Source of the DNA: the human T2T-CHM13v2.0 reference genome, Homo sapiens
Length of the DNA: 64,000 nt
Direction: 5' to 3'
Assembly: GCA_009914755.4 (NCBI GenBank)
Contig: CP068257.2
Coordinates: 2,560,001 to 2,624,000 of the forward strand
Positions 28,380 through 44,338 of this stretch are shown one piece after another. Both the position numbers and the translations under genes were made by a program. How positions within the stretch are numbered: the stretch's first letter is position 1; each line of letters opens with the position of its first letter. Below the pieces are notes generated by a model. That model did no database searches and was not told the origin of the DNA. It saw only the letters and a list, made by a program, of their open reading frames with translations.

Positions 28380-28830
28380 TATATATAGGTTTATTATAAG
28401 GAATTGGCTCATGTAGTTATGGAGGCTCACAAGTCCCATGACCTGCAGTCAGCAAGCTGGAGACCCAGGACTGCCAATGGTGGAGTTCCAGTCCAAGCCT
28501 AAAGTCCTGAGAACCAGGAAAGCTGATGGCATAAGTTACAGTCCACGTCTGACTTCAAAGGCGAGAGAAGATCTATGTCTCAGCTCTGAAAGCATCAAAG
28601 AGAGTGAATTCTCTCTTCCTCTACCCTTGTGTTTTATTTGGGATTTAATGGATTGGATGAGGCCCGCTCACACTGGGAAGGGCAACTACTTTACTAATTC
28701 TACATATTCAAATGTTCATCTCATCAAGGAACACCCTCACAGACACATCCAGAGTGTTTAACCAAATATCTAGGCAACCCAACTTGGCAAATAAAATTAA
28801 CCATCATAAGGTGAAAGATGTATACGATCT
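28380..28830. mobile_element. Fragment of an ancient mammalian interspersed repeat (family not assigned)
   Basis: Strings such as GGCTCACAAGTCCCATGACCTGCAGTCAGCAAGCTGGAGACCCAGGA..GATTGGATGAGGCCCGCTCACACTGGGAAGGGCAACTACTTTACTAATTCTACATATTCAAATGTTCATCTCATCAAGGAACACCCTCACAGACACATCCAGAGTGTTTAACCAAATATCTAGGCAACCC..ATAAAATTAACCATCATAAG look like a common old interspersed-repeat consensus. I cannot name the family confidently. Confidence 0.3.
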
Positions 28831-28834
28831 GAAG

Positions 28835-31330
28835 AGAAACCAGGGATGCAGGACGGTTAAACATCTGCAAGTCAATAAATGTGATAGGCCATATAAACAG
28901 AATTAAAAACAAAAATCATGTGATCATCTCAATACATGCAGAAAAAGGATTTGACAAAATCCAGCATCCCTTTATGATTAAAACCCTCAGCAAAATCAAC
29001 ATCGAAGGGACAAACCTTAAGGTAATAAAAGCTATATATGACAAACACAGCCAACATTACACTGAATGGGGAAAAGTTGAAAGCATTCCCCCTGAGAATT
29101 GGAACAAGACAATGATGCCCACTTTCACCACTTCTATTCAACACAGTACTAGAAGTCCTCGCCAGAGTAATCAGATAAGAGAAATAAAGGGCATCCAAAT
29201 CGGTAAAGAGGAAGTCGAACTGTCACTCTTTGCTGATGACATGATCGTAAACCTAGAAAGCCCTAAAGACTCATCCCAAAAGCTACCAGAACTGGTAAAT
29301 GAATTCAGCAAAGTTTCAGGATACAAAATTAAGGTACACAAGTCAGTGGCTCTGCTATACTGTAACAGTGAACAAGCTGAGAATCAAATAAAAAACTCAC
29401 CACCTTTTACAATAGCTGCAATAAAAACCTGAGGAATATTATGATTCCTATAATTATAATAGTATATTCCTATAATTGTCAATTGCATGCAATCTTTGCA
29501 GACAAAATCTTAATTATATCCGGAATACTTAACCAAAGAGACAAAAGACCTCTACAAGGAAAACTACAAAACACTGCTGAGAGAAATCATAGATACAAAC
29601 AAATGGAAACATATCCCATGCTCACGGATGGGTAAAATCAATATTGTGAAAATACCATACTGCCAAAAGCTATCTACAAACTCAATGCAATCCCCATTAA
29701 AGTACTAACATCAGTCTTCACAGAACTACAAAAATTCACATGGAACTAAAAAAGACATAGAAGGGACATACCTTAAGGTAATAAAAGCCTAGAACCAAAA
29801 AAGAATCTGTATAGCCAAAACAAGACTAAGCAAAAAGAACAAATCTAGAAGCCGACTTCAAACTATATTAGAAGGCCATAGTCCCCAAAACAGCATGGTA
29901 CTGGTATAAAAATAGCCATATAGACCAATGGGACATAATAGAGAACCCAGAAATAAAGCCAAATACTTACAGTCATCTAATCTTCAACAAAGCAAACAAA
30001 AACATAAAGCAGAGAAAGAATACCCTATTCAACAAATGGTGCTGGGATAAATGGCAAGCCGCACATAGAATAATGAAAGTGGATGTTCATTTCTCACCCT
30101 TTTAAAAATCAACTCAAGATGGATCAAGGACTTAAATCTAATACCTGAAACTATAAAAATTCTAGAAGACGCCATTGGAAAAACCCTTCTAGACATTGGC
30201 TTAGGCAAAGACTTCATGACCAATAACCCAAAAAGCAAATGCAACTAAAACAAAGATAAATAGATGAGACTTAATTAAACTAAAAGGTTTCTGCACAGCA
30301 AAAGAAATAATCAGCAGAGTAAACAGACAACCTAAAGAGTGGGAGAAAATCTTTGCAAACTGTACTTCTGATTAAAGGACTAATAGCCAGAATCTGCAAG
30401 GAACTCAAATAAACCATCAAGAAAAAAAAATCCCATCAAAAAGTGGGCTAAGGACATGAACAGACAATTCTCAAAAGAAGATATACAACTGGCCAACAAA
30501 CACATGAAAAAATGCTCAACATAACTAATTATCAGGGAAATGCAAATCAAAACCACAATACAATATGATAACCCCTTCACTCCTGCAAGAATGGTCATAA
30601 TCAAAAAATCAAAAACTAATAGATGTTGGCATGGTTGTGGTAAAAAGGGAACACTTTTACACTTTTTGGAGGGAATGCAAGCTAGTACAACAGCTATGGA
30701 AAAGAGTGAGGAGATTTCCAAAGAACTAAAAGCAGATCTATCATTTGATCCAGTAATTCCACTCCTGGGTATCTACTCAGAGGAAAATAAGTCATTATAT
30801 GAAAAAGATACTTGCACACGCATGTTTATAGCAGCACAATATGCAATTGCAAGAATTTGAAACCAGCCTAAATGCCCATCAATCAGTAAGTGGATAAAGA
30901 AAGTGTGTTATAAATATTTACCATGGAATACTACTCAGCCATAAGATGGAATGAAGTAATGCATTCACAGCAACCTGGATGAAACTGGACACCATTATTC
31001 TAAGTGAAGTAACTTTGGAATGGAAAACCAAACCTTGTATGTTCTCATTCATAAATGGGAGCTAAGCTATAAGGATGCAAAGGCATAAGAATGATACAAT
31101 GGTCTTCGGGGACTCAGGGAAAGGCTGGGAGTGGTGAGGTGGGTGCGGTGAGGGATAAAACACTACATATTGGGTATAGTGTACTCTGCTCGGGTGATGG
31201 GTGCACCACAAATCTCAGAAATCGCCACTAAAGAACTTATTCATGTAACCAAACACCACCTGTTCCCCCAAAACCTATTGAAATAAAAAAAAACATCATA
31301 TTCCTCAAAAACCTATTGAAATAAAAAATA
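28835..31330 (+). mobile_element. 5'-truncated older L1 (L1PB/L1MA-like), plus strand: RT-domain to 3' end with an A-rich tail
   Basis: ORF2-derived peptides, for example [95 protein letters not shown]. Later come the ORF2 C-terminal motifs (QIKTTIQYD.., GTLLHF.., [11 protein letters not shown]). The element ends in CATGTAACCAAACACCACCTGTTCCCCCAAAACCTATTGAAATAAAAAAAAA, with a short duplicated end ~31312-31328. Confidence 0.75.
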
Positions 31331-31587
31331 AATTAACCACAATAATATTTGGCATTGGGTACGAGGGCCCTAATGGATGGGAGCACTGCAGTCACATTAC
31401 AGCAATCCACTGTGAAACACCATTTATTCTTTGCAGGTTTAAGAACAGGCCAAATTCTACTGCTAAATGTTGAAGCAATGAGGATAATCACCCCTTCACT
31501 AATTAATTAGGTCTTATATAATAAGTTTTATTTATTTGAAATCATGTGTAATTTCTGTTGGACCATATTTGCTAATTTATCAAGATG

Positions 31588-31916
<329 letters not shown>

Positions 31917-32390
31917 CAGGAGAGGGAGTTCTGTAAGGTTACATTTGTGAAGTCAATGTGTAAGTGCAAATGGTTTAATTTCAATTTGTTACTCATTAGG
32001 TCAGAGCATCCATGTCCCCTATGGACAAACTCTTCTATGACTACAGGAAATTTACTCAAGGGAACAAATATGAGGCATATCTATGTGTCCTCTATTCTAT
32101 ATGCAGTTACTCTGCTAGGATTAGGGGATGCAAAGTTTAAATTTAGTGAAATCTCAGGTATAACAAAGTTTGAGCTCCAGTATTGATTAAGTTTGTGAAG
32201 GTATACCAATTGGTAGATTTCAGCAGATGTTAAAATTGATTCAGAATATATGCTGGAGAGTTACAAATACCAGTCAGCACCCTTTTATCTTTGGACTGTA
32301 TAAATTGTTTTAGAAGATAGTACATTTCCAGTTAGGTCAGATGATAGACTTCCGTTTTAATTTAAATTTTGTTTTTGTGCATATCCATGT

Positions 32391-32720
32391 TCCTTCCCTT
32401 CCTTTCTTCCTTCCTTCCTTCCCTCCTTCCTTCTCTCCTTCCTTCCTTCCCTCTTTCCTTCCTTCCCTCTCCTTCCTTCCCTCTCTCTTTCCTTCCCTCT
32501 CTCCTTCCTTCCCTCTCACCTTCCTTCCTTCCCTCCCTCCCTCCTTCCCTTTCCTTACTTCCTCCTTTCCTTCATTCCTTCCTGCCCTCCTTCCCTCCTT
32601 CCTTCATTCCTCCCTTCCATCTCTCCTTCCTTCCTTCCATCCCTACCTCCCTCCCTGCTTCCTTCCTTCCCTCTCTCCTTCCTTCCCTCCTTCCGTCCTT
32701 CCTTCCTTCCCTCTCCCTCA
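32391..32720. repeat. (TTCC)n / (CCTTC)n polypyrimidine microsatellite, ~330 bp ((GGAA)n on the other strand)
   Basis: Almost uninterrupted TCCTTCCCTTCCTTTCTTCCTTCCTTCCTTCCCTCCTTCC... from ~32391 to ~32720. It generates the P/S/L/F-rich spurious ORFs at 32341-32788. Confidence 0.9.
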
Positions 32721-33595
32721 TTTTTTTGCCACTGGATATGGGGAAGGTTGTTCTCTTTCCCACTCATACTTATAATTTTTTTATTTGAAACAGCCCCAAA
32801 TCAGTATCTTCAGAGTTAAGGTCCTCCTTGTGAGCAGATTGTGTGGTTTAAGAACCCTAGACTTAAGTCAGGTTTGGATTTATCCCTTCTCTGTGCCTCA
32901 GGGGTACCGCAGGTGTCTTTTCCTATAACCCTGGGAATTAGATCTTTGTTGTGGCAGAACCATAAGTCGCAGAGCGATGCAGCACAACCAGCCCACAATT
33001 CAGGGGTCAGTGGATTGAAATCGTCTTCTGCTACGGCTCCATCTGGTTCTTCCAGGACTTCCCTCCCTCCTTTTTTTTTCCTTTTAGGGTGTTGAAACTT
33101 TAGTGGCATCTACATTGCCTCATAATCAGTCAAAACTCCCCTTATCCCACATCATGGATTAAAGAGAACATTGCCAGGAGCCCTTCACTCTTCTAGAAGG
33201 ACTTTATTTGATAGGTCCTTTTTCCATGGTTTAGAATAAAAGAGGTAATAACTAGAAATGTCCCCCTCATAATAGGCTCTACAGCAAATTCTACTTTAAA
33301 GGTTGTTGTTCGTGTCTTCAACTGTGGCTGCCTTTAATGATTTTGTCATCCACAGACAGTTGTCTCATTTTGGTCCTCTTTAAATGATGGTTTTATAATC
33401 AGCTATAAAATTTAACAGATGCCCTTAAATGCAGGATTCTGATTAATAACGCTGGAGATTGTGACAATAGAATAGAAGGAAAACTTTCAAATAGAAGAGT
33501 GAATGGTGTTTTGTCTACTTTGGACCATATTTTTATAAATATATTATTAGTATGTATTCCAAAATTATTGGAAACTTATATAGAAATGTAATCCC

Positions 33596-33785
33596 CAGTG
33601 TTGGAAATGGGTCCTGCTGGGAGGTGGCTGGTCCATGGGAGCAGTTTCCAGTCGTTCCCAGTGTTGGAGACGGGGCCTGCTGGAAGGTGGCTGGTCCATG
33701 GGAGCAGCTTCCAGTGGTTCCCACTGTAGGAGATGGGGCCTGCTGGGAGGTGGTTTGTCCATGTAAGCAGTTTCTAATGGTTAAG
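33596..33785. repeat. Tandem triplication of a ~63-bp unit inside an old interspersed-repeat copy
   Basis: CCCAGTGTTGGA(A/G)A(T/C)GGG(T/G)CCTGCTGG(G/A)AGGTGG(C/T)TGGTCCATGGGAGCAG(T/C)TTCCAGT(C/G)GTTCC is present three times in tandem (~33596, 33657, 33718). This is visible in the ORF track as the 21-aa peptide PSVG(N/D)G(S/A)CW(E/K)VAGPWEQ(F/L)PVV repeated three times. The surrounding sequence (..CATGATTGTTAAGTTTCCTGAGGCCTCCCCAGAAGCTGAGCAGATG..) belongs to a common primate repeat that normally carries this segment once. Confidence 0.7.
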
Positions 33786-34029
33786 CATCATCCCCCTAGC
33801 GCTGCTCTTGTGATGGAGTTCTCATGAGATCTTGTTGCTAAAGTGTGTAGGACCTTCCCCCTCTCTCTTTTCCTCCTGCTCTTGCTTTACCTTCCACCAT
33901 GATTGTTAAGTTTCCTGAGGCCTCCCCAGAAGCTGAGCAGATGTCAGCATCATGCTTGCTGTACAGGCTGTGGAAGTGTGAGCCAATTTTCAGTACTCTT
34001 CTGTTTTCCTTTTATTTTATTTTATTTTT

Positions 34030-34695
34030 TTAAATTTTATTTTAAGTTCCAGGATACATGTGCAGGACATGCAGGTTTGTTACATGGGTAAACGTGCACT
34101 ATGATGATTTGCTGTACTTATCAACCCATCGCCTAGGTATTAAGCCCCACACGCTTTAGCTATTTATCCTGATGCTCTCCCTCCCTGTCCCCAACGACAG
34201 GCCCCAGTGTGTGTTGTTCCCCTCCCTGTGTCCAGGTGTTCTCATTATTCAGCTCCCACTTATGAGTGAGAATATACGGTATTTGGTCTTCTGTTCCTGT
34301 ATTAGTTTGCATGGCTTCCAGATTCATTCATGTCCCTGTAAAAGACATGATCTCATTCCTTTTTATTGCTGCATAGTATTCCATGGTGTGTATGTACCAC
34401 ATTTTCTTTATCCAGTCTATCATTGACGGGCATTTGGATTGAGTCCATGTTTTTGCTATTATGAATAGTGCTGCTATAAACATACGCATGCATATATCTT
34501 TATAATAGAATGATTTATAGTCCTTTGGATACATACCCAGTAATGGGATTTCTGGGTCAAATGGTAGTTCTGGTTCTAGATCCCTGCAGAATCGCCAAAC
34601 TGTCTTCCACAATGATGGAACTAATTCATATTCCTGCCAACAGTGTAAAAGTGTTTATTTCTCCACAGCTTTGCCAGCATCTGTTGTTTCTTGAC
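34030..34695 (-). mobile_element. 3' fragment (~0.67 kb) of an older L1PA/L1PB-type element, minus strand
   Basis: In reverse complement: TTTTATTTTAAGTTCCAGGATACATGTGCAGGACATGCAGGTTTGTTACATGGGTAAACGTGCACTATGATGATTTGCTGTACTTATCAACCCATCGCCTAGGTATTAAGCCCCACA. This is the old-L1 3'UTR pattern. ORF2 C-terminal coding follows in reverse (..[54 protein letters not shown]..). Confidence 0.7.
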
Positions 34696-39088
<4,393 letters not shown>

Positions 39089-39160
39089 CTTCTGTTTTCT
39101 AGATTTTTCAGTACACTTCTGTTTACTAGATTAAGACATTCCTGTGGAAAATTTTTCTCT

Positions 39161-39163
<3 letters not shown>

Positions 39164-39191
<28 letters not shown>
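39164..39191. repeat. Poly-T mononucleotide tract (~28 T)
   Basis: Uninterrupted T-run 39164-39191, with a second T11 at ~39226. It may be a relic poly-A tail of a minus-strand retroelement or a simple homopolymer. Confidence 0.9.
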
Positions 39192-39193
<2 letters not shown>

Positions 39194-41209
39194 CGCATAA
39201 GACATCCTTAAAAAAATCCTGGTTTTTTTTTTTAATATTTTCTACTTATCTTTGGTTTTTTAGTGATAAGTGGTTTGAAAGTGAACTGCATTCGTATAGT
39301 TTTCTTCACATTTCTTGTGCTTGAGGTTATTTGAGATTCTTAAAACTGTGGGTTTATTGTTTTCATCAATTTTGTATTTTTTCTACTATTATTTCTTCAA
39401 TTTTCTGGGGCTTTTTAAGCTTTTGTTCTGTTTATTCTCCTTTGGGTATTCCAGTAACATGTAAGTTATGCTACTAAAAGTTGTTCTACAGCTCACTGAT
39501 CTTTTTTTTTAATGTGTACTTTCTTTCTGTGATTTATGCTGGTTGGTTTCTACTGTGTTCGCAGGGTTAGCCTGGTGTGACTCTGTGGCTTTCTTGAGAC
39601 ATTTAAATAGTACCAAATTTTATTTAAAAATTTTAACCAACACACTATGTTTACTCATGTTTGAAGGAAAGCTCTTGGCTGTTCCTCTTTTTTCTGCCTC
39701 ACTCTTACCAATGCAGATGACAGAGACTTGCAGACTCATCTAAGCCTTGTAAGACTCCATAACACGTTTAAAAAAATCATAACTGCTTTTTTGTTTACAT
39801 ATTATAGAGTCATTATTTAATTCTGAATCTAGCTTTAAATTTTGTTTAAAGTAGGAAATATTTTTTGTTCCCACTTAATGCTATTGAGTAGGTATATTTG
39901 TGTTGCTGCTTACTAGAGGACTAATAATTATAGTTGGCCATGAAGCAAAAATCACATATTTCTAAATTACCCTTTCAAAAGATTCATTAAGTTGCCTGTA
40001 AATCACAATGTAGACCAAAGTATTTATGCAGTACTTTAGAGACTCTCAATAATGACAAATATCCAGGTTTCTCTCTAGTAGAAAAGAACAGTTGAGTACC
40101 AAATAGTTTGCATTTTATCATCTAACGTGCTTCAAAAATAAAATTTTAAGCATGAGAATTACACTCAGAGCAGTGAGATGTTCATACTCTGAGAGGCATT
40201 TAGGATGTGAAAGTGAGAAAACAAGATTTTGTGAATGTAGTCTTGGGATTACTCACTGTGTGTCTTTCAGCCACTTCCCCTCTCCCTCTCCTTTCATCGC
40301 TATCTTCTCCTTGATTTTGAGTTGATTTTTGTATATTTATAATGGAATTTCCCAATGTCATATTGTCTCAACAGCACATTATGAAACAAGTACTTTTAAA
40401 TTTACATTCAAACAGAGAAATAGAGGTTCTTCTTTGAAAGTATGGGTTCTTCTTTAAATGAACCCTACATTGCCTTTGGGGGGTGTTCATTATGTATAAT
40501 TTTTAAAAATTGCTAACATCTGAAGCTAAAATTCATTTTTTTGTATTAAGTCTAATAGTTTTTTTTAACTTAAGTGTAGATTTTTTAAAATGCTCCGTAG
40601 TGGTGTTATTTATATGATTTTTGTCACTGCAATTTGATTGCTTCATTCATTGCTTTCTTTGTAATACCATTTCTTCCAAATATCATGCTTTCATTGGTTT
40701 CATGAACAGATTTCTACTTTAGAGTGTGAGCAAGGATGTTCTGTTAAATAAATGGGAAAATTAATCCTCCCGAATTTATATTGTCATGTGGAAGTGAAGA
40801 GTAAGTTTAATTTTGTAGCATTTCATCCAGCTTTGTCTCCATCCTTTGATACATGAACAAATTACATGAGTGAAGAACACCACTGTGTTTTCTTAAATAA
40901 CTTTTCAACTTCAGTAAGTCATGAAAGGATCAAATATGAGAGAAATAGAGAACCTCAGGATCAACTCAAGTATTTGGAAAAAGTACTGAAAAATGAGGTG
41001 GGGTAGTTTCAAAACTGCCCTGCTCAGCATCGAAAGGCTCTTGTTTCTTAAGGAAGCCATGGAGTTTTATCAGCTTAAAAGTGAGTGGTTTGTAAAATGA
41101 AATTTTGTTTCTTTTAAACAACTTACTTTTGAAACTTCCATTCTTGTTCGTGGATTGTGGTTTGTTAGAACAGTGATTATTTAGTTTTTATGAGATGTTT
41201 CTTGTATTT

Positions 41210-41506
41210 TTATTTATTTTTTTTAAGGCAGAGTCTTGCTCTGTCGCCCAGGCTGGAGTACAGTGGCTCAATCTCAGTTCACTGCAACCGCCACCTCCCA
41301 GGTTCAAGCGATTCTCGTGACTCAGCCTCCTGAGTAGTTGGGATTACAGGCACCTCCCACCACACCCAGCTAATTTTTGTATTTTTAGTAGAGATGAGGC
41401 TTCACCATGTTGGCCAGGCTTGTCTCAAACTTCTGACCTCAAGTGATCCACCCTCCTCAGCCTCCCAAAGTGCTAGGATTACAGGTGTGAGCCACCGTGC
41501 CCTGCC
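41210..41506 (-). mobile_element. Alu SINE, minus strand, flanked by 14-bp TSDs (TGTTTCTTGTATTT)
   Basis: TSD copies at 41196-41209 and 41507-41520. The Alu body runs TTTATTTATTTTTTTTAAGGCAGAGTCTTGCTCTGTCGCCCAGGCTGGAGTACAGTGGCTCAATCTC ... GGATTACAGGTGTGAGCCACCGTGCCCTGCC. Confidence 0.9.
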
Positions 41507-43837
41507 TGTTTCTTGTATTTGATGATGAAAATCTGTTATTAACAGGCATTGGGCCTGTTTCTTGTATTTTATCATGAAAATCTGTTATTGACAGTAAGAG
41601 GATGGGGGCTCAGGTTAGCAACAGGGTGTTAGAAAAGCAGCAGTAAAATTTTGGTTCTCAAAACATTTGATGTCTTATTCCTTTTTTTGAACATGGGTTT
41701 TTCTAAAAAAGACCAGTCATTTTGAAACTTGATTTTACTGTCATGTTCTCCTTTTGAAATTCATCTTATTGTTTGTATGAATTGGCAGTCCTATATGGGA
41801 AATTTCGGTTTTGCATATTTTCAGATTATTTTCATTTTTACTTCAGAGATTTTGAACAGATGCTATACAAAAGTATTTATTTATTCAACAAAATTTAGTG
41901 CTGCTTATGTTGCAAGCACTTACTGAACTTCATGCTGTATGTGCCTGAGATACTTTTGTGAACGTAATGGCAACATCAAAAACTTTGCCCTTATGCACCT
42001 TATAAACCTTTAATTTCAAGGCATACTGATGAGTGGGCATCTGCTATAACGTACTTTCATGGTCATTTAATTCACCATTATTTGGGTATACCTTATATTA
42101 AAGCGATTATTAAAAATTGGAAAATATTTAACACATCTTCATCTTGCCTTTTTCCTTAACATATGTAGATCAAGGGAGTCACTGAGAATCAGTTTTAGGG
42201 ATAGTTATAAAAATCTTAACTTTGCAAATATAACTTTGTCCTCAATGTAATAACTGGAAAAAATAATTTACGTTTCAAAGGCTTTAATCTTTGTATTTTT
42301 TTGAAAAGGAGCCTTCACCGAGATTTTTAAAAAATTATTGCTCTGTCCTACAGTAGAGACTGATAGAATCATGGATATGGTCCTCTAATGGATCTGTACC
42401 ACCTCAGTTCTCTTATTGTTGCCCTCCCGTGGTGAAAATTAAACCTTATTTTCATTTCATGTCTAGGATGTAGTATGTTCTTTTTGGGAAAAACAATGAT
42501 GTTTCTTGAGAAATAAGTGCCTTCAGTATCACTGTGTGTCACTTAATAAATATGACTAATATCTATTTTACCAGTTGTTGCAATTTGATCCTTAAACAGC
42601 CGTCTTTAAATTGTACTTTTTCTTTGGTTAGAGAAAAGTAATTATAATAGACATTAATTATTTTTACATAATTTTCTTATGTGGACAGCCGTTCTTAGAA
42701 CTAAAACTTTCAGATGTTTATATTACAAGTACAATTATTATTTATTATTATTAATGTCAGTACCAAAATGTAATCAACTCTCTTCCTTTTGCTTCCTTTT
42801 TTGAATCAAAATATTACACTTATAGAAGCAAGAGCAACGGCTCTATATCTGGATCACTGCAGTGCCTAGAAGATACAACAGCACAATTTACAAATCCAAA
42901 TTTCCAGGAAGTCTCTCCACATACCTCTCGTACAAAAGATGCTTCAGAGACTAGAGGGTCAGAGAGGAAAGAGAGGAAATATTCAACTCCCAGTTCAGGA
43001 CAAAAGGGAAGAAAGCCTGCTGTTGAAAGAAATCCAAGAATGACTGTGTCTGCAACTCGCTCCTTTCTGTGAAGTATTCATGGTGCTTTACTTAAAATAT
43101 TTGCTGTTATGATCGTCAATAATATTAATAGTTATGCTTTGTAAAAGAATTTATTCTTTACTTATAATTAATGGATGATTCTAAGTTATTATATGTTTAG
43201 TTGCTATAGTAAGATGATGTGAAAGATTTGTTGCCTGTTAAATATTTCTGGGATCTTTGTTTTATTTTTATATTATGATTTGTGCTTCCAAAGTTGAGCT
43301 GTAATTTTATTGTTTATACAAATGTAGAATAAAGCTTAGGTTTGGGGAGAAAAATAAAAGCTAGAGTTTTCCTTTCAGCTATAGAACAGTCATTTATTTC
43401 TATAAATGTTTTTTATGTAGCTTTCCTAGTTCCACATTTAAAAAGATAAATATGGGGATCTACACAGGTCTCAGTAAACAATAGTTCTTGGTTAATAATG
43501 CATTTATTACAAAGCTTGAAGTTTAAAGTAGAATTTTGCTCAGCGTACATATCTTTTATGGTCAGGCTGCTATAATTATGTAATACCCCGTTAAATTTCA
43601 ATTTCAGATAAACAAGGAATAATATTTTAGTATAACCATGTCCCAAATATTGCATGGGATATACTTACACTGAAAAAAGTATTTGTTTATCTGAAATTTC
43701 AAATTAACTGGGCATGCTATATTTTCTGTGGCAACCTGTTTTATAGAGAACAGAGTAGAGTAAGTCAGCTAAATTTTAGAATACTTAACCCTAACCTGGT
43801 GTTCTAGGTCTTTCCTTCTTGTAATTATTATTATTAT

Positions 43838-44130
43838 TTGGAGTCAGGGTCGTGCTGCATCACCCAGGCTGGAGTGCAGTGGCGCAATCACAGTGCCCTG
43901 TAGCCTTGAGCATCTGGGCTCAGGTGATTCTGGCACCTCTGCCTTTGCCTCTCAAGTAGCTAGTACCACAGGTATGTGGGCCCAGCTAAATTTTTTTTTT
44001 TTCTCATAGAGACAGGGTCTCAGGCTGGTCTGGAACTCCTGGGCTCAAGCAATCCTCCCACCTCTGCCTTCACTTCCCAAATAGCTGAGACCACAGGCAC
44101 ATGCCACCACCATACCCAGCTTATTTTTTA
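43838..44130 (-). mobile_element. Old Alu-derived sequence (two partial minus-strand Alu right-monomer segments), immediately 5' of a MADE1 insertion
   Basis: GAGTCAGGGTCGTGCTGCATCACCCAGGCTGGAGTGCAGTGGCGCAATCACAG.. then a poly-T, then CTCATAGAGACAGGGTCTCAGGCTGGTCTGGAACTCCTGGGCTCAAGCAATCCTCCCACCTCTGCCTTCACTTCCCAAATAGCTGAGACCACAGGCACATGCCACCACCATACCCAGC. Confidence 0.75.
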
Positions 44131-44211
44131 TCAGGTTGGTGCAAGAGTAATTGCGGGGTTTGCCATTGAAAGTAATGGCAAAACCCGCAATTACTTTTTG
44201 TACCACCCTAA
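44131..44211. mobile_element. MADE1 (mariner-derived element 1), ~80-bp palindromic MITE; hairpin of the type that gives rise to mir-548-family precursors
   Basis: TCAGGTTGGTGCAAGAGTAATTGCGGGGTTTGCCATTGAAAGTAATGGCAAAACCCGCAATTACTTTTTGTACCACCCTAA versus the MADE1 consensus TTAGGTTGGTGCAAAAGTAATTGCGGTTTTTGCCATTAAAAGTAATGGCAAAAACCGCAATTACTTTTGCACCAACCTAA. The two halves are near-perfect reverse complements. It is inserted in the A-rich linker of an Alu. Confidence 0.8.
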
Positions 44212-44338
44212 TAATTTTTTGTGGAGACAGGGTCTTGCCCTGTTGTCTAGGCTGGTTTCCAACTCCTGGGCTCGAGTGACCCTCTTGCCTTGACCTCTAA
44301 AAGTTCTGGGATTACAGACGGGAGCCACTGCACCAAGC
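44212..44338 (-). mobile_element. Alu left-monomer portion (minus strand), continuing the Alu interrupted by MADE1
   Basis: TTTTTTGTGGAGACAGGGTCTTGCCCTGTTGTCTAGGCTGGTTTCCAACTCCTGGGCTCGAGTGACCCTCTTGCCTTGACCTCTAAAAGTTCTGGGATTACAGACGGGAGCCACTGCACCAAGC. Confidence 0.75.

Noticed and set aside
32341-32788. P/S/L/F-rich ORFs (144 aa and 139 aa on plus; R/E/G/K-rich on minus)
   Set aside because: They are translation of the (TTCC)n/(GGAA)n microsatellite. Pure simple-repeat artefact.
39100-39900. AT-rich sequence right of the second L1 that vaguely resembles reverse-complemented old-L1 sequence
   Set aside because: I could not anchor it to specific L1 consensus blocks with confidence. Left unannotated rather than guessed.
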